64,000 nt of DNA from an uncultured Actinomycetes bacterium (GTDB taxonomy: Bacteria > Actinomycetota > Acidimicrobiia > Spongiisociales > DATADW01), in contig CAVTEU010000003.1 of assembly GCA_963733905.1 (NCBI GenBank), forward strand, positions 910 to 64,909. The letters run 5' to 3'. A program made the translations under genes and the position numbers. The notes below the pieces were generated by a model. The model worked only from the letters and a program-made list of their open reading frames with translations, ran no database searches and had not been told where the DNA came from. This document shows positions 1 to 20,799 of this stretch, piece after piece (position 1 is the stretch's first letter; each line of letters opens with the position of its first letter).

Positions 1-600
1 CTGCAACCACGTCCAGCCCAGCCACGCCGCCAACGCCACCAGAGCGGTAACCCCAGAAGCCAGCGCCGCCTGCTTGCCCTCATCCACCGCGGAGAGGGCA
101 CCACCGACCACCAGACCGGCCAACACCCCGTAGAGGTAACCCGGCTCGAACCCCACCACCCGGGACAACAGCACACAAGCCGCCGCCACCACCAACGCCC
201 CGGGGAGCGCCCGCACCGACAACGACACACCGGTGTCACGGCGACGGACGAACCAAGCCGAAACCCCCAAGCCGACCGCCATCACCCCGAGGAGACCCAA
301 CCCCGCCCCCACCAGCAGCGCCCCCGTCGAGCGGTTCCACCCGAACCCCGGATCCAACAGCCCCGCCAGCAGCGTCCCCGCCACCAACACCAACCCCAGC
401 GTCCACCACGAACCCCGCACCCGGGACCGCCGCTCCGAGGAACGCTCCGAACGGCCCCCCGGCACCAGCCGGCGGAACCAGCCGGTCACCTCGTCGTAAT
501 GCTCATCAAGCGTCCGGTTGAACAACTCGCCAGGGAAAGGCATCAACAACACCAACAACAAGGCCAACAGGGCGTTGGTCGCCACCACCGGAATCGCCCA
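1..600 (-). CDS. integral membrane protein segment, 3' partial (runs off the window edge); may be the C-terminal part of the 506..1456 gene after frameshifts
   Basis: Reverse-strand translation from about 600 down to 1 has no stop and reads ...WAIPVVATNALLALLLVLLMPFPGELFNRTLDEHYDEVTGWFRRL...TLGLVLVAGTLLAGLLDPGFGWNRSTGALLVGAGLGLLGVMAVGLGVSAWFVRRRDTG...LVALAAWLGWTWLQ. Several hydrophobic helices are visible. It is missing from the ORF track because no stop lies inside the window. Confidence 0.35.
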
Positions 601-1456
601 CGACACCGCATCCGGACCCCGCAAAGAAGCAGCCAGAGAAGGCACACCAGCCGGGAGCAACCGGACCGCCAGCCCCACCAGACGGCGCCACCGGACCACC
701 ACCACCAGCCGGCAGGAACCGCCACCGCCGCCACAGTCGTGGACGTCGTCGCCGGCGCCACGGTTGACGTGGTCGTGGCTGGCTGCGTAGTCGTAGTCGG
801 CGCCTCCGTGGTCGTGGTCGGTGCCTGCGTGGTTGAGGTCGTATCGTGGTCGTCGGCAGCGCTTCCGGCGGATCGAGACGCTTCGCAACCGCGGTCACCT
901 CGGCGGTCTGGGCGTAGGTGACGTTTCGAGTTGAGCCTTCGTCCATCCACCAGTGCCAGACCCAATCGGCGAAAGTGCCCTCCCCCTCCAGATTCGTCGC
1001 CACCAGACCGTCCGAGGTTTCGATCGCCTTGGTGACTCGGACGCTCATCGAGGTGAAGGACGAGATCGTCCGGTCGTAACCAGCCTGATGACATCCCCCC
1101 AGATCACGCGAGGGGAGCATGCCCGACCAGCGCTTCCCGCTCTGCGTCCAGGTGCAGTCGGGCTCGAGAGTGAGGGTGCATGCGTCACCCTCACAGGACA
1201 TGGAGAAATCGTAGGTGCGGCTTTCCTTGCTGCCGACCGCGTTCAGCGGCGGCGAGTCGGCCCGAGCCTGATCAACGGCCCAGGAAGGGGCGTCGAACCA
1301 CTGCTCGTTCACGGCTTGGCGGGTGAATGTGAACTTCCACCGTCCCTCGATCACCGCTTCAGACTTGGGTGTCGCAGGTTCCTGGGCCACCGCCATGGTT
1401 GGAACCAGGGAACCGATGAGCGCACCGACCACGACCAGTACACGAAGCCAACGCAT
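506..1456 (-). CDS. secreted protein with N-terminal signal peptide; the C-terminal third looks frameshifted (Thr-rich linker in another frame); 3' end uncertain
   Basis: N-terminus MRWLRVLVVVGALIGSLVPTMAVAQEP (signal peptide with AxA site). A Thr-rich linker (TTTTEAPTTTTQPATTTSTVAPATT) appears in the overlapping frame 543..1094. The tail of the listed frame is Pro/Arg-rich, so it is probably not genuine. Confidence 0.5.
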   Translation of the reverse strand: MRWLRVLVVVGALIGSLVPTMAVAQEPATPKSEAVIEGRWKFTFTRQAVNEQWFDAPSWAVDQARADSPPLNAVGSKESRTYDFSMSCEGDACTLTLEPDCTWTQSGKRWSGMLPSRDLGGCHQAGYDRTISSFTSMSVRVTKAIETSDGLVATNLEGEGTFADWVWHWWMDEGSTRNVTYAQTAEVTAVAKRLDPPEALPTTTIRPQPRRHRPRPRRRRLRLRSQPRPRQPWRRRRRPRLWRRWRFLPAGGGGPVAPSGGAGGPVAPGWCAFSGCFFAGSGCGVVGDSGGGDQRPVGLVVGVVDAFPWRVVQPDA

Positions 1457-1468
1457 CTGAACTCCTCA

Positions 1469-1515
1469 GAACAGGCGGAATCGCACCTCGGCCTCATTCC
1501 CGCCGAGGCGCGATC
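1469..1515. other. long imperfect hairpin (about 19-bp stem, 3 mismatches, 9-nt loop) in the 5' leader of the 1456 secreted-protein gene / downstream region of clpC
   Basis: ggcggaatcgcacctcggc ctcattccc gccgaggcgcgatcccgcc. Confidence 0.35.
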
Positions 1516-1779
1516 CCGCCCCCTACCGCCGCACCCCCCCGGGTGCGCCTGAGAGAACTATCGGCCCGAGAACTGGCGTCTACATGAGTCGCTAGACCCA
1601 AACGTCGGCGTGCCGCTGCGGGCGAAGGAAAGAAGCGGGCAGGAGCCGCTGAAGGAAATTGGGGGCGAGGCTCTCGGGAATGGTTCATTCCCAGAGGTGT
1701 GATGGGCGGCGGGTCGAAGAACCGTTGGAAGATCCGGTGTTCCCCCACAACGAGGGGGACGGATAGGAACCCGGGTTTA

Positions 1780-4278
<2,499 letters not shown>

Positions 4279-4568
4279 GTCTGGATCTCCTCCGATCGAG
4301 CCCCTACTGGGGTACCCCGAGTATACCGCTCGACCCTGTCTAGCTCGGGGGGCTCCCGAGCGCCTTACATGGTTATCGGCACCGAGGGCGCTGCGGATGA
4401 GGCGATCTCGCTTCGCTCCCAACCGAATCGACCCGGGATTAGTAGATCCCGGGGTTCGCCAGCCTCACCCCGTAGACCACTCCTCGGGCCGTGATGTAGA
4501 TGGTGCGCCGCGCCCGTCGGCGTCGCCGAAGGCAGCGTTTGCGGGGCCAGTCGGGCACGAGGACGTGA

Positions 4569-7500
4569 TCAGGAAGCCGGCTCTTCGGCGGGGCAGGTCT
4601 CCGGGTCGAGGTAGCGGCGGCACTCATCGGGGGTGAGCTCGCGGGTGACCCGGTCTCTCAGCCAACTCGATGAGCCGTTCAGGGTCGAGATAGAACTTGC
4701 GGAGCAACGGCCCGTCGGCGTAGAGGGCATAGCTCCCATCGGGCGACAGGGTCACTTGAGGCTGGCCGCCGACGGGCCTGAACTCGACGATGAGTTCGTC
4801 GGTGTCGATGTCCCAGAGCCGCACCAGCGAGTCGAAACCGGAGGTGGCCAAGATGCCATCGCTGGTGATCGCGGGGTCGGGAGCAGGTGCCGGTGTGCGC
4901 TAACTGATTGAACACGATGGCGTCGACCGGCGCTGGCCCCGGCGACCACTCGGCGAAGTCGAGCACCCAGACAAAGCCGTCGAGCGTGCCGCCGGCGAGG
5001 AACCTGCCTTGAGGGTCGAACGAAGGACCGAACTGGGCGGTGATGCCCATGTCGCCGGTATTCAGGGTGGCGATTTTCTCCCCTTTCTCCAAGTCATAGA
5101 TGTTCACCGGGCCACAACATCTTCGGTGACAGCCAGGTACCGTCCGGCTGGAAACTCCCCGCCCGGGTTGAACGCCCCGGCAGACGTCTGATCTCGCCCA
5201 GGTCGAGCACTTCACGGCCAGAATCGACCTCGACGACCCGGCTTCTCAACTCGGCTCCGGGCGGAGGATCCTCGTTGCACACTCCGATGCCGTTGAGCAG
5301 GACGAGCGAGCTGTCGGGACTGAATGCCTTGACGCTGGTGCACGGGGGAAGCTCGGTCAGCACTTCGAGCTGCGGTGAAGCCAGATCCCGAATCGTGGCC
5401 CGCGCCGCTGCCTCGCTGCCGCGCAATGACCCGAGATACCGCCAGTCAGGACTGACGACTGGACCGAAGGGAAACACTGGATGTCGGTGAGTGAAGCGAG
5501 GGTCTCGCCAGTGTCTATGTCGAGCAACTCGAAGCCGTCGGGTTCACGTGTGGTCACCGCCACTTGTGACCCGTCGGGTGATATCCGCGGACCATTGGAG
5601 CGCCGGTGCGGGTTGCGAGCGCTTCCCATTCCGGCGGGCCGTCGGCGCTGACGTCCCAGACCCGCAGTCACCCCGTCGTACGACACGTTCGCCAGCCGCT
5701 CTCCGCCGGGCATGAAGGCGAGGTCGAAGGTCGACGCCCCGCTCCCGGGGAGTTCCATCACGATTTCGCCCGTCTCCGAATCGACCAGCGTGACGACTCC
5801 CTGGTTCCCCGAAAAGGCGAGATGCTGCCCGTCGGGGCTCCAGTCCAAGGCGGTCGTTTCGGTCAGGTAGGTCTCATCCAACACCAGGTGGCGGGTTTCC
5901 AGATCCCACACCTGCAGTCGCCTGGGATTCTGGGCACCCAGAGCCAGTCGCTCACCCGAGGGGTCGAGCGCCATGTCGTTCGGCTGGAAACCGAAGCCGT
6001 CAAGCGACCCGACTTCGGCGCCGTCCGCAGTCGAATAGAACCCGACCCGCTCGCGCCGGGCTCGTAAACGGCCATCGTCTCACCGCCGGGCAGGAAAGCG
6101 ATCTCGCCGGCTCCGCCTTCCGGCTCGATCGTGAACAGCTCCTTCCCCGAGCGCACCTCCCACACGGTCACCCCGTGCCGTCGTCGGTCTTGCGGCATTA
6201 GCTCGCCGTCTGGACTGAAGGTCGGATGGCGTATGAGCCCCGGAGGGACCCGGAATCCGGGACACCACGTCGCCGGTCGCCGGATCAAAGAGGATGACGG
6301 CGGGATGGTCCCCGGTCGGCGACGTCGTAGCCGACTTCGTCCAATGATCCGCGGAGGTGCCGTAGCTGACCGCCACCAAACTCCCGTCGGGCTGGCCGCC
6401 AATCCCGGTATCCCGGCTCCCGGTCCGGGCCAGCGTCGCCAGTTTCGACCCCTGAAGCATCCCAAACGACTGCATCGGGGCCGTCAGTCAACGCCGTTGG
6501 TGGCGATCCACACGCCGTCGGGGCTGACCGCCAAGAGTCCAGCCGCCCTCGAGCCGCATCTCGAGCCGGGAGGTCTGAACCGCTCGGTGCAGGGCGCCAT
6601 CGCTTCGGGGAGCACCGGCTCTCCGACTGACCGTGTGACTTCGGCGGCTTCGAGGCCGAGCAGGATGGCCAACTCGGGGTCCTCTTCGAGGGCGAGGATC
6701 GACTCGCCGGCAAGCTCCCGGCCGGTGGCCTCCCTCGCCTCGCGGTCGGCGCGGGCGGTCTCCTCCTCGGCGCGGGCCGCTTCCTCCTCGGCGCGGGCCT
6801 GCTTCCTGCTCGGCGCGGGCTTGTTCTTGGGTGGCCCTGTCCGCTTCGTCGGCGGCCCGCTGCTGGTTGGTGAAGGCGACCCCGGCGGCGGCGAGGGAGA
6901 CCAGGGCGGCGGCCCCGAACCCGGCGAGGATGCCCTGGCGGCGGCGGCGGCGTTTGCTCCGTTGCTCGTCGTCGGCGATGCGGCTGGTCTCGATGAGGTC
7001 GCGTTCGTCGCCGCTGAGGGCGAGGTCGGGAGGCGGCGAGGGTCTCGAACTGTTCGAGACGTCCCCCGCCGAGCAGATAGCTGGGCTCTTTGCCCGACCC
7101 TTCCCACTCGGTGGCGGCTTCGGCGAGGCGGCGGTGCAACAGCAGGTCCTCGCGGCGCTCGTCGATCCAGCCCCGCAGCCGGTCCCAGTGGGTGAGCAGC
7201 GCCTCGTGGGCCACCTCGACGGTGGGGGCGCGGGTGCTGGGATGGCGGTCGAAGGTGAGCAGCCGGTGCTCGCCGTAGCGGTCCAACACCTGGTCGACCG
7301 CGGCGGTTTCGATGGGGAGACCCCGCAGCTCACGGCGGGCCACCCGGCGCCGGGTGTCCTGGGCGGTCTCGTCGACGGTGACCAACCGGAGGAACACCTG
7401 GCGGGCCGCCTCCTGCCCGGCGTGGTCCAGCCGCTGGTAGATGTCGTCGGCCCGCCGCCCCAGCGCCCCCACCACCCCACCGGAGCGCAGGTAGTCGGCT

Positions 7501-10497
7501 TCGGAGAGCCGGTCGCTGCTGCGCCGCTCGAACAGCTCGGTGAGCGAATACTGCAGCAAGGGGAGAGCACCGGGCTGGTCGGCGACGTCCCCGGCGATCC
7601 GCTCCGCCAGCCCCGGCTCCAAGCCGACCGAGACGTTCTCCGCCGGTCGGGTGATCGCCTCGGCCAGCTGCTCGGGCCGGGGGCGGCCACCATCACCGTG
7701 GAGGCGCCCAACAGGTCACCGAACTCGGGGTAGCGCAGAGGCCGGTCCAAGAAGTCGGCCCGCAGGGTGACCACCACCGTCACCGGGGAACGTTCGTCGC
7801 GGGACAAGGTGACCAGGTTGTCGAGGAAGCGGCGGCGGGTGTCCTCGTCGGGGGTGAGGGTGAACAGCTCCTCGAACTGGTCGATCACCAACAGCAACCG
7901 GGACCCCGGGGGGAGGATCTCCCTGACGGAACGGAGCAGCCCCCGCTCGTCGGCGGCGAGGTCGTCGACCAGGCTGGGGGGGCGGCGCACCGCCACCCGC
8001 AACAATGCGGCGGCCAGCTCGTCGAAGGGGAAGCTCCCCGGGTAGAGGTCGGTGACCAGCCAGTCCCCCCCGAGGGCACCGCCCCGCAGCGCCGGGACCA
8101 GCCCGGCCCGGACCACCGACGACTTGCCGATCCCCGAGGGTCCCACCACCGCCACCAGCCGATCCGATGAGACCGCCGCCAACAGCTCGTCGACCACATC
8201 GGCCCGGCCGTAGAAGTCGGCGGCGTCGCTCTCCTGGAAGGCCTGGAGGCCCTTGTACGGGTTGCGGGCCGCGGTGAGCGCCGCCTCCGCCACCTCCTCC
8301 GCTGCGGTGGGCCGGCCCAGCGCCGCCGAGAGCGCCTCCAAGAACCCCTCGGCGGTGTCGAAGCGATCGGCGGGGTCGTCCGCTCCGGCCCGGGCGATCA
8401 CCTCGTCGACCGCGGCCGGGACCCCGGGGCGGAGGCTGCTCACCGCGGGGAGGTCGCCGTCCATCGGCGGCCGGGTCCCCGAGAGCAGCTCGAAGGTGAG
8501 CAAACCCAGGCTGTAGATGTCGGAGCGGGGAGAGAGCGGCTCGCCCCGCAGCTCCTCGGGTGCCAGATAGGCGGGAGACGAGCTCACCGGGGTCCGCTCG
8601 TTGTCCTCGGTGAGACGCGAGGCGATCCCGAAGTCGCCCAGATAGCCGTTGCCGTCCTCGTCCAACAGCACGTTGGCCGGCTTGACGTCACGGTGCACCA
8701 CCCCGCGGCGATGGGCGTAGGACAAGGCCGCACCCACCTGCCCGATCAGCCTGCCGGCGGGCTCGGGGTTCCACGGTCCCCGGTCCAGCGCCTCGCGCAG
8801 CGACCCGCCCCGCAGCCAGCGGGTGACCAGATAGGCCCCGTCGGGGTCGCGCCAGTAGTCGTAGAGGGGGACGATGTGGGGGTGCTCCAACAGGGCGACC
8901 AGGTGGGCTTCCGCTTCGAAACGGCGCACGAACTCGGCCCGGTTGACGAACTCGGGGCGGATCACCTTCACCGCCACCTCCCGACCCACCGAGGGCTGAT
9001 AGGCCCGATAGACGATCCCGAAATCGCCCGCCCCCACCCGCTCCCGCAGCTCATAACCCCGCACCGAGCGGACGCCACCGGGCAGTGAGGCCGGCTGCCG
9101 ATCGATGCGGAGAGGCCCGAAGCTGGCGGGCAGTCCCTCTGACGACCAGCTGGAAGACGTGCTCGGGGCGGCCCAACCCCTTGAAGCGGTGCTCCCCCAA
9201 CGACCGCACCTGAAAACCACCCGACACGTCGCCGGCCAGGGCCAGATTCGCTTCCTCGGAGAGCAACACCTGACCACCGTGACCCGCCGCCATGATCCGG
9301 GAGCAGCGGTTCAACGGGGGACCGAAGAAGTCGCCGCCTCGGCTCTCCACCTCACCGGTGTCGATCGCCATCCGCACCGAGAGACCCGTCTCTCCCCAAT
9401 CCGCCGCCGCCAGAGCCTCCTGGGCGCTCCGGGCCGCGGTCACCGCCTCCCCCACCGTGGCGAAAGCGGCGCACACCCCATCCCCCGCCTGGTTGAACAC
9501 CCGGCCCCCCGCCTGCTCCACCGCCTCGGTGAGCAGCCGGTCGTGGCGGGCGAGCACCTCGGGCATCTCGGCGGGGTGAAGCTCCCAGAGCAACGTCGAG
9601 TCGACGATGTCGGTCATCAGGAACGACATCGTCTGCACCCGGGCGGCGCTCTCCGCCTCCAACCCCGGGTCGTGCTCCAAGATGCGCTGCTCCAACCCCT
9701 GCAGCTCGGGTGAGGGGTCGATCCCCATCTCCTCGGCCAGGAACAGCCGGGTCTTCTGATAGGCCCGCAACGCCTCGGTCTGGCGCCCCGCCCGATACAA
9801 CGCCACCATCTGCTGGCGCCCGGAAACGCTCCGAGAGCGGGAACTCGTCGGTCAACACCTCCAACTCGGGCAACAGCTCGGCATGGCGACCCAGGGCCAG
9901 CTCGGCCTCCACCCGATCCTCCACCGCCCCCAACCGCAGCTGCTCCAAGCGGCGCGCCTCGGCCTCCAACCGCGCCGACCCGGGGACATCCGCATAGGGA
10001 TGACCCCGCCACAGCGCCAGGGCCTCGCCCAGCAGCTCCGCCGCCTCGGCCGGCTGGGACTCGAGGAGAGACCGGGCCTCGGCCACCATGTCCTCGAAGC
10101 GGAAGGCGTCCACCTCGTCGCGGGGCACATCGAGCCGATAACCGCCCGCTTCGGAGATCAGCCGATCCCCCAGCACGGCGCGGAGACTGGACATGTAGGT
10201 CTGCAGGGTGCTGCGCGACCCGGTGGTCGCCTCCTCTCCCCACACCTCCTCCACCAGCGAATCGGTGGAAACCGTGCGACCCGCGTCGGCGAGCAGCAGC
10301 GCCAGCACGGTGCGCTGCTTTGGACCCCCCAGACGGACTGGTTCATCCCCCTCGAGGGCCGAAACCGGCCCCAGGACCAGAAACCCCACACCGGAACCGT
10401 ACGCCGCCAAGCCACCCGTGTGCCGGGATCTTTCCCCGATGACACCGACTCTCCGGAGGTACTCACCATGCCCGCAGCATGCGAGTTCCCGCTCCAA
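4569..10497 (-). CDS. giant multidomain signalling protein, copy 1: SARP wHTH-BTAD, class III adenylyl/guanylyl cyclase, Ser/Thr protein kinase, STAND (NB-ARC-like) NTPase, TM/coiled-coil segment, WD40 propeller. More than 8 apparent frameshifts.
   Basis: A chain of overlapping minus ORFs (9352..10497 SARP/BTAD, 9051..9809 cyclase, 6488..9277 kinase plus P-loop, 6285..7622, 5357..5974, 4679..5215, 4624..4851 WD40) gives a collinear reading. Motifs: LVLGPVSALEGDEPVRLGGPKQRTVLALLL; MSFLMTDIVDST...GDGVCAAF; VAVKVI, HRDVKPANVLL, DFG, APE; NPYKGLQAFQESDAADFYGR plus GPSGIGKSS plus LLLVIDQFEE. The C-terminus ...FYLDPERLIELAESRVTRELTPDECRRYLDPETCPAEEPAS needs a frame change. Confidence 0.7.
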
Positions 10498-10504
10498 GAA
10501 TGAG

Positions 10505-16677
<6,173 letters not shown>

Positions 16678-16851
16678 CCAGCGAACGTATCGGGCGGCGC
16701 TCCAGAAGCGCTCCAGATCCGCTGCGGTGTCGTTGCCCCGGCGGCACCCAGTGATATCAGGTCTCCGGCGACGGACGACGCGATCCGGGGTGGGCCGACC
16801 GCCGTGGTCGCTCCACCCCGGATGCGCGTCAGGGTCTCGGGATTGAAACCC

Positions 16852-18220
16852 CTATTTCACGGGACGCAGAACGTGGGTCACGGTCCAATTGGCGATCTTC
16901 TCGCCATGACGGTTCCCCGTCACCACCGCGTCCCGGAAATGGAAGCCCACGTAGATTCGGGACACCGCGTTCTCGTTCTCCGCTTGCGAGAACCGGGTGA
17001 AATGACGGAGTGTGGGGGTCGGATCGCTGCATCTCTCCCCCTCCGGCAGGGTGAAGCTGCATGCCGAGAACCGCATCTGGTCGGTATGGAAGAACCGCCT
17101 CAGGACCTGTGCCCCGGCTCCTCCTTCGACGGCGTGCCCCGAGTCGTAGTCCGGAATGGCCGGGGTCGGCAACAAGGGCGTCCACGTCGGGTCGGCGATG
17201 GTCGCTGGATTGCCGTCGATGTCGGCGAGACGAATCGCCGTCACCGGTCGCCAGAAGCGGTAGTGGTACTTCGTCTCGAACGTGCCGATGTAGCCGTCGG
17301 TCAAGGCCATGTTCAACAGCCCGAACAGTCGGGCGTTCTCCCAGAGATCGAGGCCTTCGGCGGTCGAGACCGTCCGGGCGATCCGGTTCCACTGCAGAGG
17401 CGAGCTCTCCACCCAGAACAGGGCGATCTCGGTCTGGTCGTCGGTACGAGCGCTCGGAGTCGTGACGTCGTCACCGCCGAGGCGCTGAACTTCGTTGACG
17501 TCGGCGGCGTACCCGCGGCTGGTCAGCCGTAGCGGCGGGCCCGGGCGGAACTGCGATCCGTCACGCAAGGCGAAGGGGATGAGGTCCTCTCCCAGATGCG
17601 GGGCGAAGGCGAATGGGGTGCCCGGTGTGTAGCGGTACTCGCCGGGGGCAGTCCCTTCCTCGATAGTCCGGGTCGATCGTCGGCGTGTCGTAGCCGTCGT
17701 CCGCCCGCAACTCCAGAATCGCCTCGGCAGCGCGCTGTCCCAGTTCGATGCCCCGCCTTTTCGGCATGCCGTTGGGGATGGCGTCGAGCGCCGCGGTGTA
17801 GTCCGCTTCCACGCTGGCCACCCCGGCGTCGATGCACTCCTCGGGGAGGAAGAAGGAGAAGGAGCTGAGGACCGGGACGAGCACATCGTGCGCCGCCGCC
17901 GCCACCGCGGCGTCGGCCGAGGTCCGGCGTGCTGCCCGAAGGTCTGCTGCATACGGGCGGGAGCGACGGTCGATCCCGTTGAGCGCATCGTGGATGGCCA
18001 CGTGCATCATGGCGTACATGCGCGCTTCCTGCGGCCCGTAGCCGCCGATGAAGCACGCCGCAACCGAGGCCTCTCCCGCATTCTCGCTCCAGGCGACGAC
18101 CGCGTCCGGATCATGGGAATCTCGACCGGTCGCCGGGGCGTACCCGGCGGCACCGGCGGCCGAGCCGGTCGCGAGCACCAGGCTCACGACCACGATTGAA
18201 AACAGCAACCGATGTCTCAT
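16852..18220 (-). CDS. secreted vanadium-dependent haloperoxidase / PAP2 (acid phosphatase) family protein; one apparent frameshift near 17600-17700
   Basis: Signal peptide MRHRLLFSIVVVSLVLATGSAAGAAG (ATG 18220, rc of 18218-18220). Motifs KYHYRFWRP, PDYDSGHA and SRIYVGFHFRDA match the KxxxxxxRP / PSGH / SRxxxxxHxxxD signature. The two overlapping ORFs 17561..18352 and 16852..17988 are joined by a frame change. Confidence 0.75.
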
Positions 18221-18469
18221 GAGGACCCCTTTCGGGACACGCCGTGCCCCTCGTTTCTCGGCGCACCAAGAAGGTGCTTCCTCCTCGATGTGGTGGCGGA
18301 GGTCAATCACACCTCCCCGCTGCCCGGGTCCAATGCCCGGCATGTTGGGCAACGTATCGAGGGGCGCTCCAGATCGGCTCCAACCCCGCGGAGGCCGGTG
18401 ATCGGGCGTCGTAGGAGGGCATCGCCGCGCCGGCGGTCGAGCCGCCCCCCATCACTACCATCCCCCGCC

Positions 18470-19482
18470 GTGACGACCACCGAGCCATCGCTCCAGGACC
18501 TGGTCCCCATCGACGGTGTTTGGGATCAACTAGAACGCGTTGAGGAGCGGCTGTTCGAAGCGTCCTTGTCCGACGACGGCTTCCTCACCAAGGTTGCCCA
18601 GCATCTGCTCCAGGCTGGCGGGAAGCGCTTCCGCCCGCTGCTGGCTCTGCTGGCAGCCGAGTTCGGGCCCGGCTGACGACGACCGTCCGGTGGAGGCCGG
18701 GGTCGCCGTAGAGCTGATCCACGTCGGGAGCCTCTACCACGACGATGTGATCGACGAGGCGGACACCCGCCGCGGGGCGGCATCGGTCAACTCCAACTGG
18801 ACGAACACGGTGGCGATCCTGGCGGGCGACTTTCTCATGGCGCGCGCCTCGGAGGTGGCGGCGACACGGCTCGGCCAGGAATCGGTCCGATTGCTCGCCC
18901 GCACATACGCCGAATTGGTGGAGGGCCAGACCAGAGAGCTGCAACTGGTCGGCGATCTGGATCACACCGTCGAGGAGTACTACCGGGTGATCGGGGGCAA
19001 GACCGCCAGCCTGATCCGGACCTCGGCCCGCCTGGGGGCGATGGCCGTCAGATGCCACGGCGTCGGCCGTCGAGGCGGTGAGCACATGGGCCTGGGAGCT
19101 CGGGCTCGTGTTCCAGATGACCGACGACGCCCTCGACCTGGTGGGGACCGAGGAGTCGATCGGGAAGCCGGCGGGGTCCGACATCAGGGAGGGCACCTTT
19201 ACCCTCCCCGTCCTCCTCGCCCGCGAGGCTCCGGACGGCGCCAGGGTGCGCCAGCTTCTCTCGCAACCGCGGCCCTATCCCGACGCGGTGGTCGAGGAGG
19301 TGATCTCCCTGGTGCGAGGCGCCGGCTCGGTCGACCGGGTGCTCGACGAGGCGCTGCGTCGCTCGACGATGGCCACCGAGGCGACGGCGTCTCTCCCCGC
19401 CGGGATGGCTCGCGACGTCCTCACCACCATGGGGACCTACCTGGTGGAGCGGGTCGAGGCGGTCAGGGAGTCGGCGGCCTAG
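18470..19482 (+). CDS. polyprenyl diphosphate synthase (trans-isoprenyl diphosphate synthase family); two apparent frameshifts
   Basis: GTG 18470; LIHVGSLYHDDVIDEADTRRG (first DDxxD), FQMTDDALD (second DDxxD), GKTASLI. Three frames joined: 18212..18676, 18540..19490, 19078..19482. Confidence 0.8.
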
Positions 19483-19527
19483 ACGACTGACCGGTTTGGA
19501 GAGATCCGTCCCTCTGGGCGGGCCAAA

Positions 19528-20799
19528 TCACCGCAACGAGGGCTCGGGTTGCACATCCTCGGTCGATTCGAGATTGCTTCCCCGCTCCGCCCAATAGACC
19601 AAGCCCATGGCCACGACCCCGCACGCCAGGAAGCCGATCGAGATCGGGATGATCGTCCCGTCGAAGGACCGGTCGATCAACCAGCCGATGGCGGCGCCAC
19701 CGGCAGTGGACAGTGTCCCTATCACCGCCGAAGCGGTCCCGGCCACCGCCGCCATCGGGTCCATGGCCAAGGTGTTGAGGTTCGGTATCAGGAGCGAGTG
19801 CCCAGCCAGGAGAAGGGCGAGAACCGGCGCGAATGCCCAGAAGGGGGGATGGCCGCCGCTGGCCACTGCCATCACCACGATCAGGGCGGCCACGGCGACG
19901 TAAACGGGTAAGACCATCCTCACCAGCCGACCCACCCCCACCCGGCCGACCACGTGGGCGTTGACCAGCATCGCCGCCCCCAGCACGACGGCGAAGCCCC
20001 CGAAAACGAGCGGGAACTGCTCCCCCATGCCGAACACGTCGGCGACGATGATCTCGCTGCTCGCCAGGTACGAGGTGAACACACCGAACAGGGCGGTGAT
20101 GGCGAGGGTGGTGGCGAGGGTCTGCCGATTGCCCAACACGGCGCGGGCGCCCTGGAGCAGGGATGAAAGGCGCAGGTCACGCCGGAACTCCGGCCGCAGC
20201 GTCTCGGGGAGGCGGAGAGACCACATGGCGACGGCCAGCGCAGCAACCACGCAGAAACCGAACACCCAGCGCCAATCGGCCACCGACACGATCAGTGCCC
20301 CAAGGCTGGGCGCCACCACAGGGACGACGATGAAAACAGTCATGATCAAGGACATCGCCCTCGCCATCCGGGCGCCGGAGAACGTGTCGCGCACCACCGC
20401 CAAGGTGATGACCCGAGGGCCGGCGGTCCCGATCCCCCAAACGAACCGGGCGGCGTAGAGGGCGCCGAGGCTGGGGGCGAGTGCAGAGGCTGCCGCACCG
20501 AGGATGTAGATGGCGAAGCCGACGTAGAGGACCGGTTTGCGCCCAAAACGGTCCGCCAGCGGCCCGTAGAACAACTGCGCCACCGCCAACCCGAGCAGGT
20601 AGGCGGTGACGATCCCCGCCACCGCGGTGGAGTCGGGCTGCAGCCCGAAGTCGGCCCTGATCGCCCCGAAGGCAGGCAGCATGAGGTCGATGCCGAGTGC
20701 TGCCAGAGCCATGGTCATGGCCAGCAGCGAGGTGAACTCGACCCGCCCCAGGGCTCTCAGAGCGGGCGGTGACTGCTCCGACTGGGTCACCGTTGGCAT
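19528..20799 (-). CDS. MFS transporter, DHA1 (Bcr/CflA-like) multidrug efflux family
   Basis: 423-aa intact ORF with about 12 TM helices; PLADRFGRKPVL motif after TM2. Confidence 0.85.
   Translation of the reverse strand: MPTVTQSEQSPPALRALGRVEFTSLLAMTMALAALGIDLMLPAFGAIRADFGLQPDSTAVAGIVTAYLLGLAVAQLFYGPLADRFGRKPVLYVGFAIYILGAAASALAPSLGALYAARFVWGIGTAGPRVITLAVVRDTFSGARMARAMSLIMTVFIVVPVVAPSLGALIVSVADWRWVFGFCVVAALAVAMWSLRLPETLRPEFRRDLRLSSLLQGARAVLGNRQTLATTLAITALFGVFTSYLASSEIIVADVFGMGEQFPLVFGGFAVVLGAAMLVNAHVVGRVGVGRLVRMVLPVYVAVAALIVVMAVASGGHPPFWAFAPVLALLLAGHSLLIPNLNTLAMDPMAAVAGTASAVIGTLSTAGGAAIGWLIDRSFDGTIIPISIGFLACGVVAMGLVYWAERGSNLESTEDVQPEPSLR

Noticed and set aside
4569-10497. Calling STAND copy 1 and the downstream array paralogs (P8-P13) pseudogenes
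   Set aside because: Frameshift density there is higher, but essential genes in the same window (lysS, panC, ftsH) are also frameshifted. Sequence error is therefore the simpler explanation, and they are annotated as CDS with caveats.
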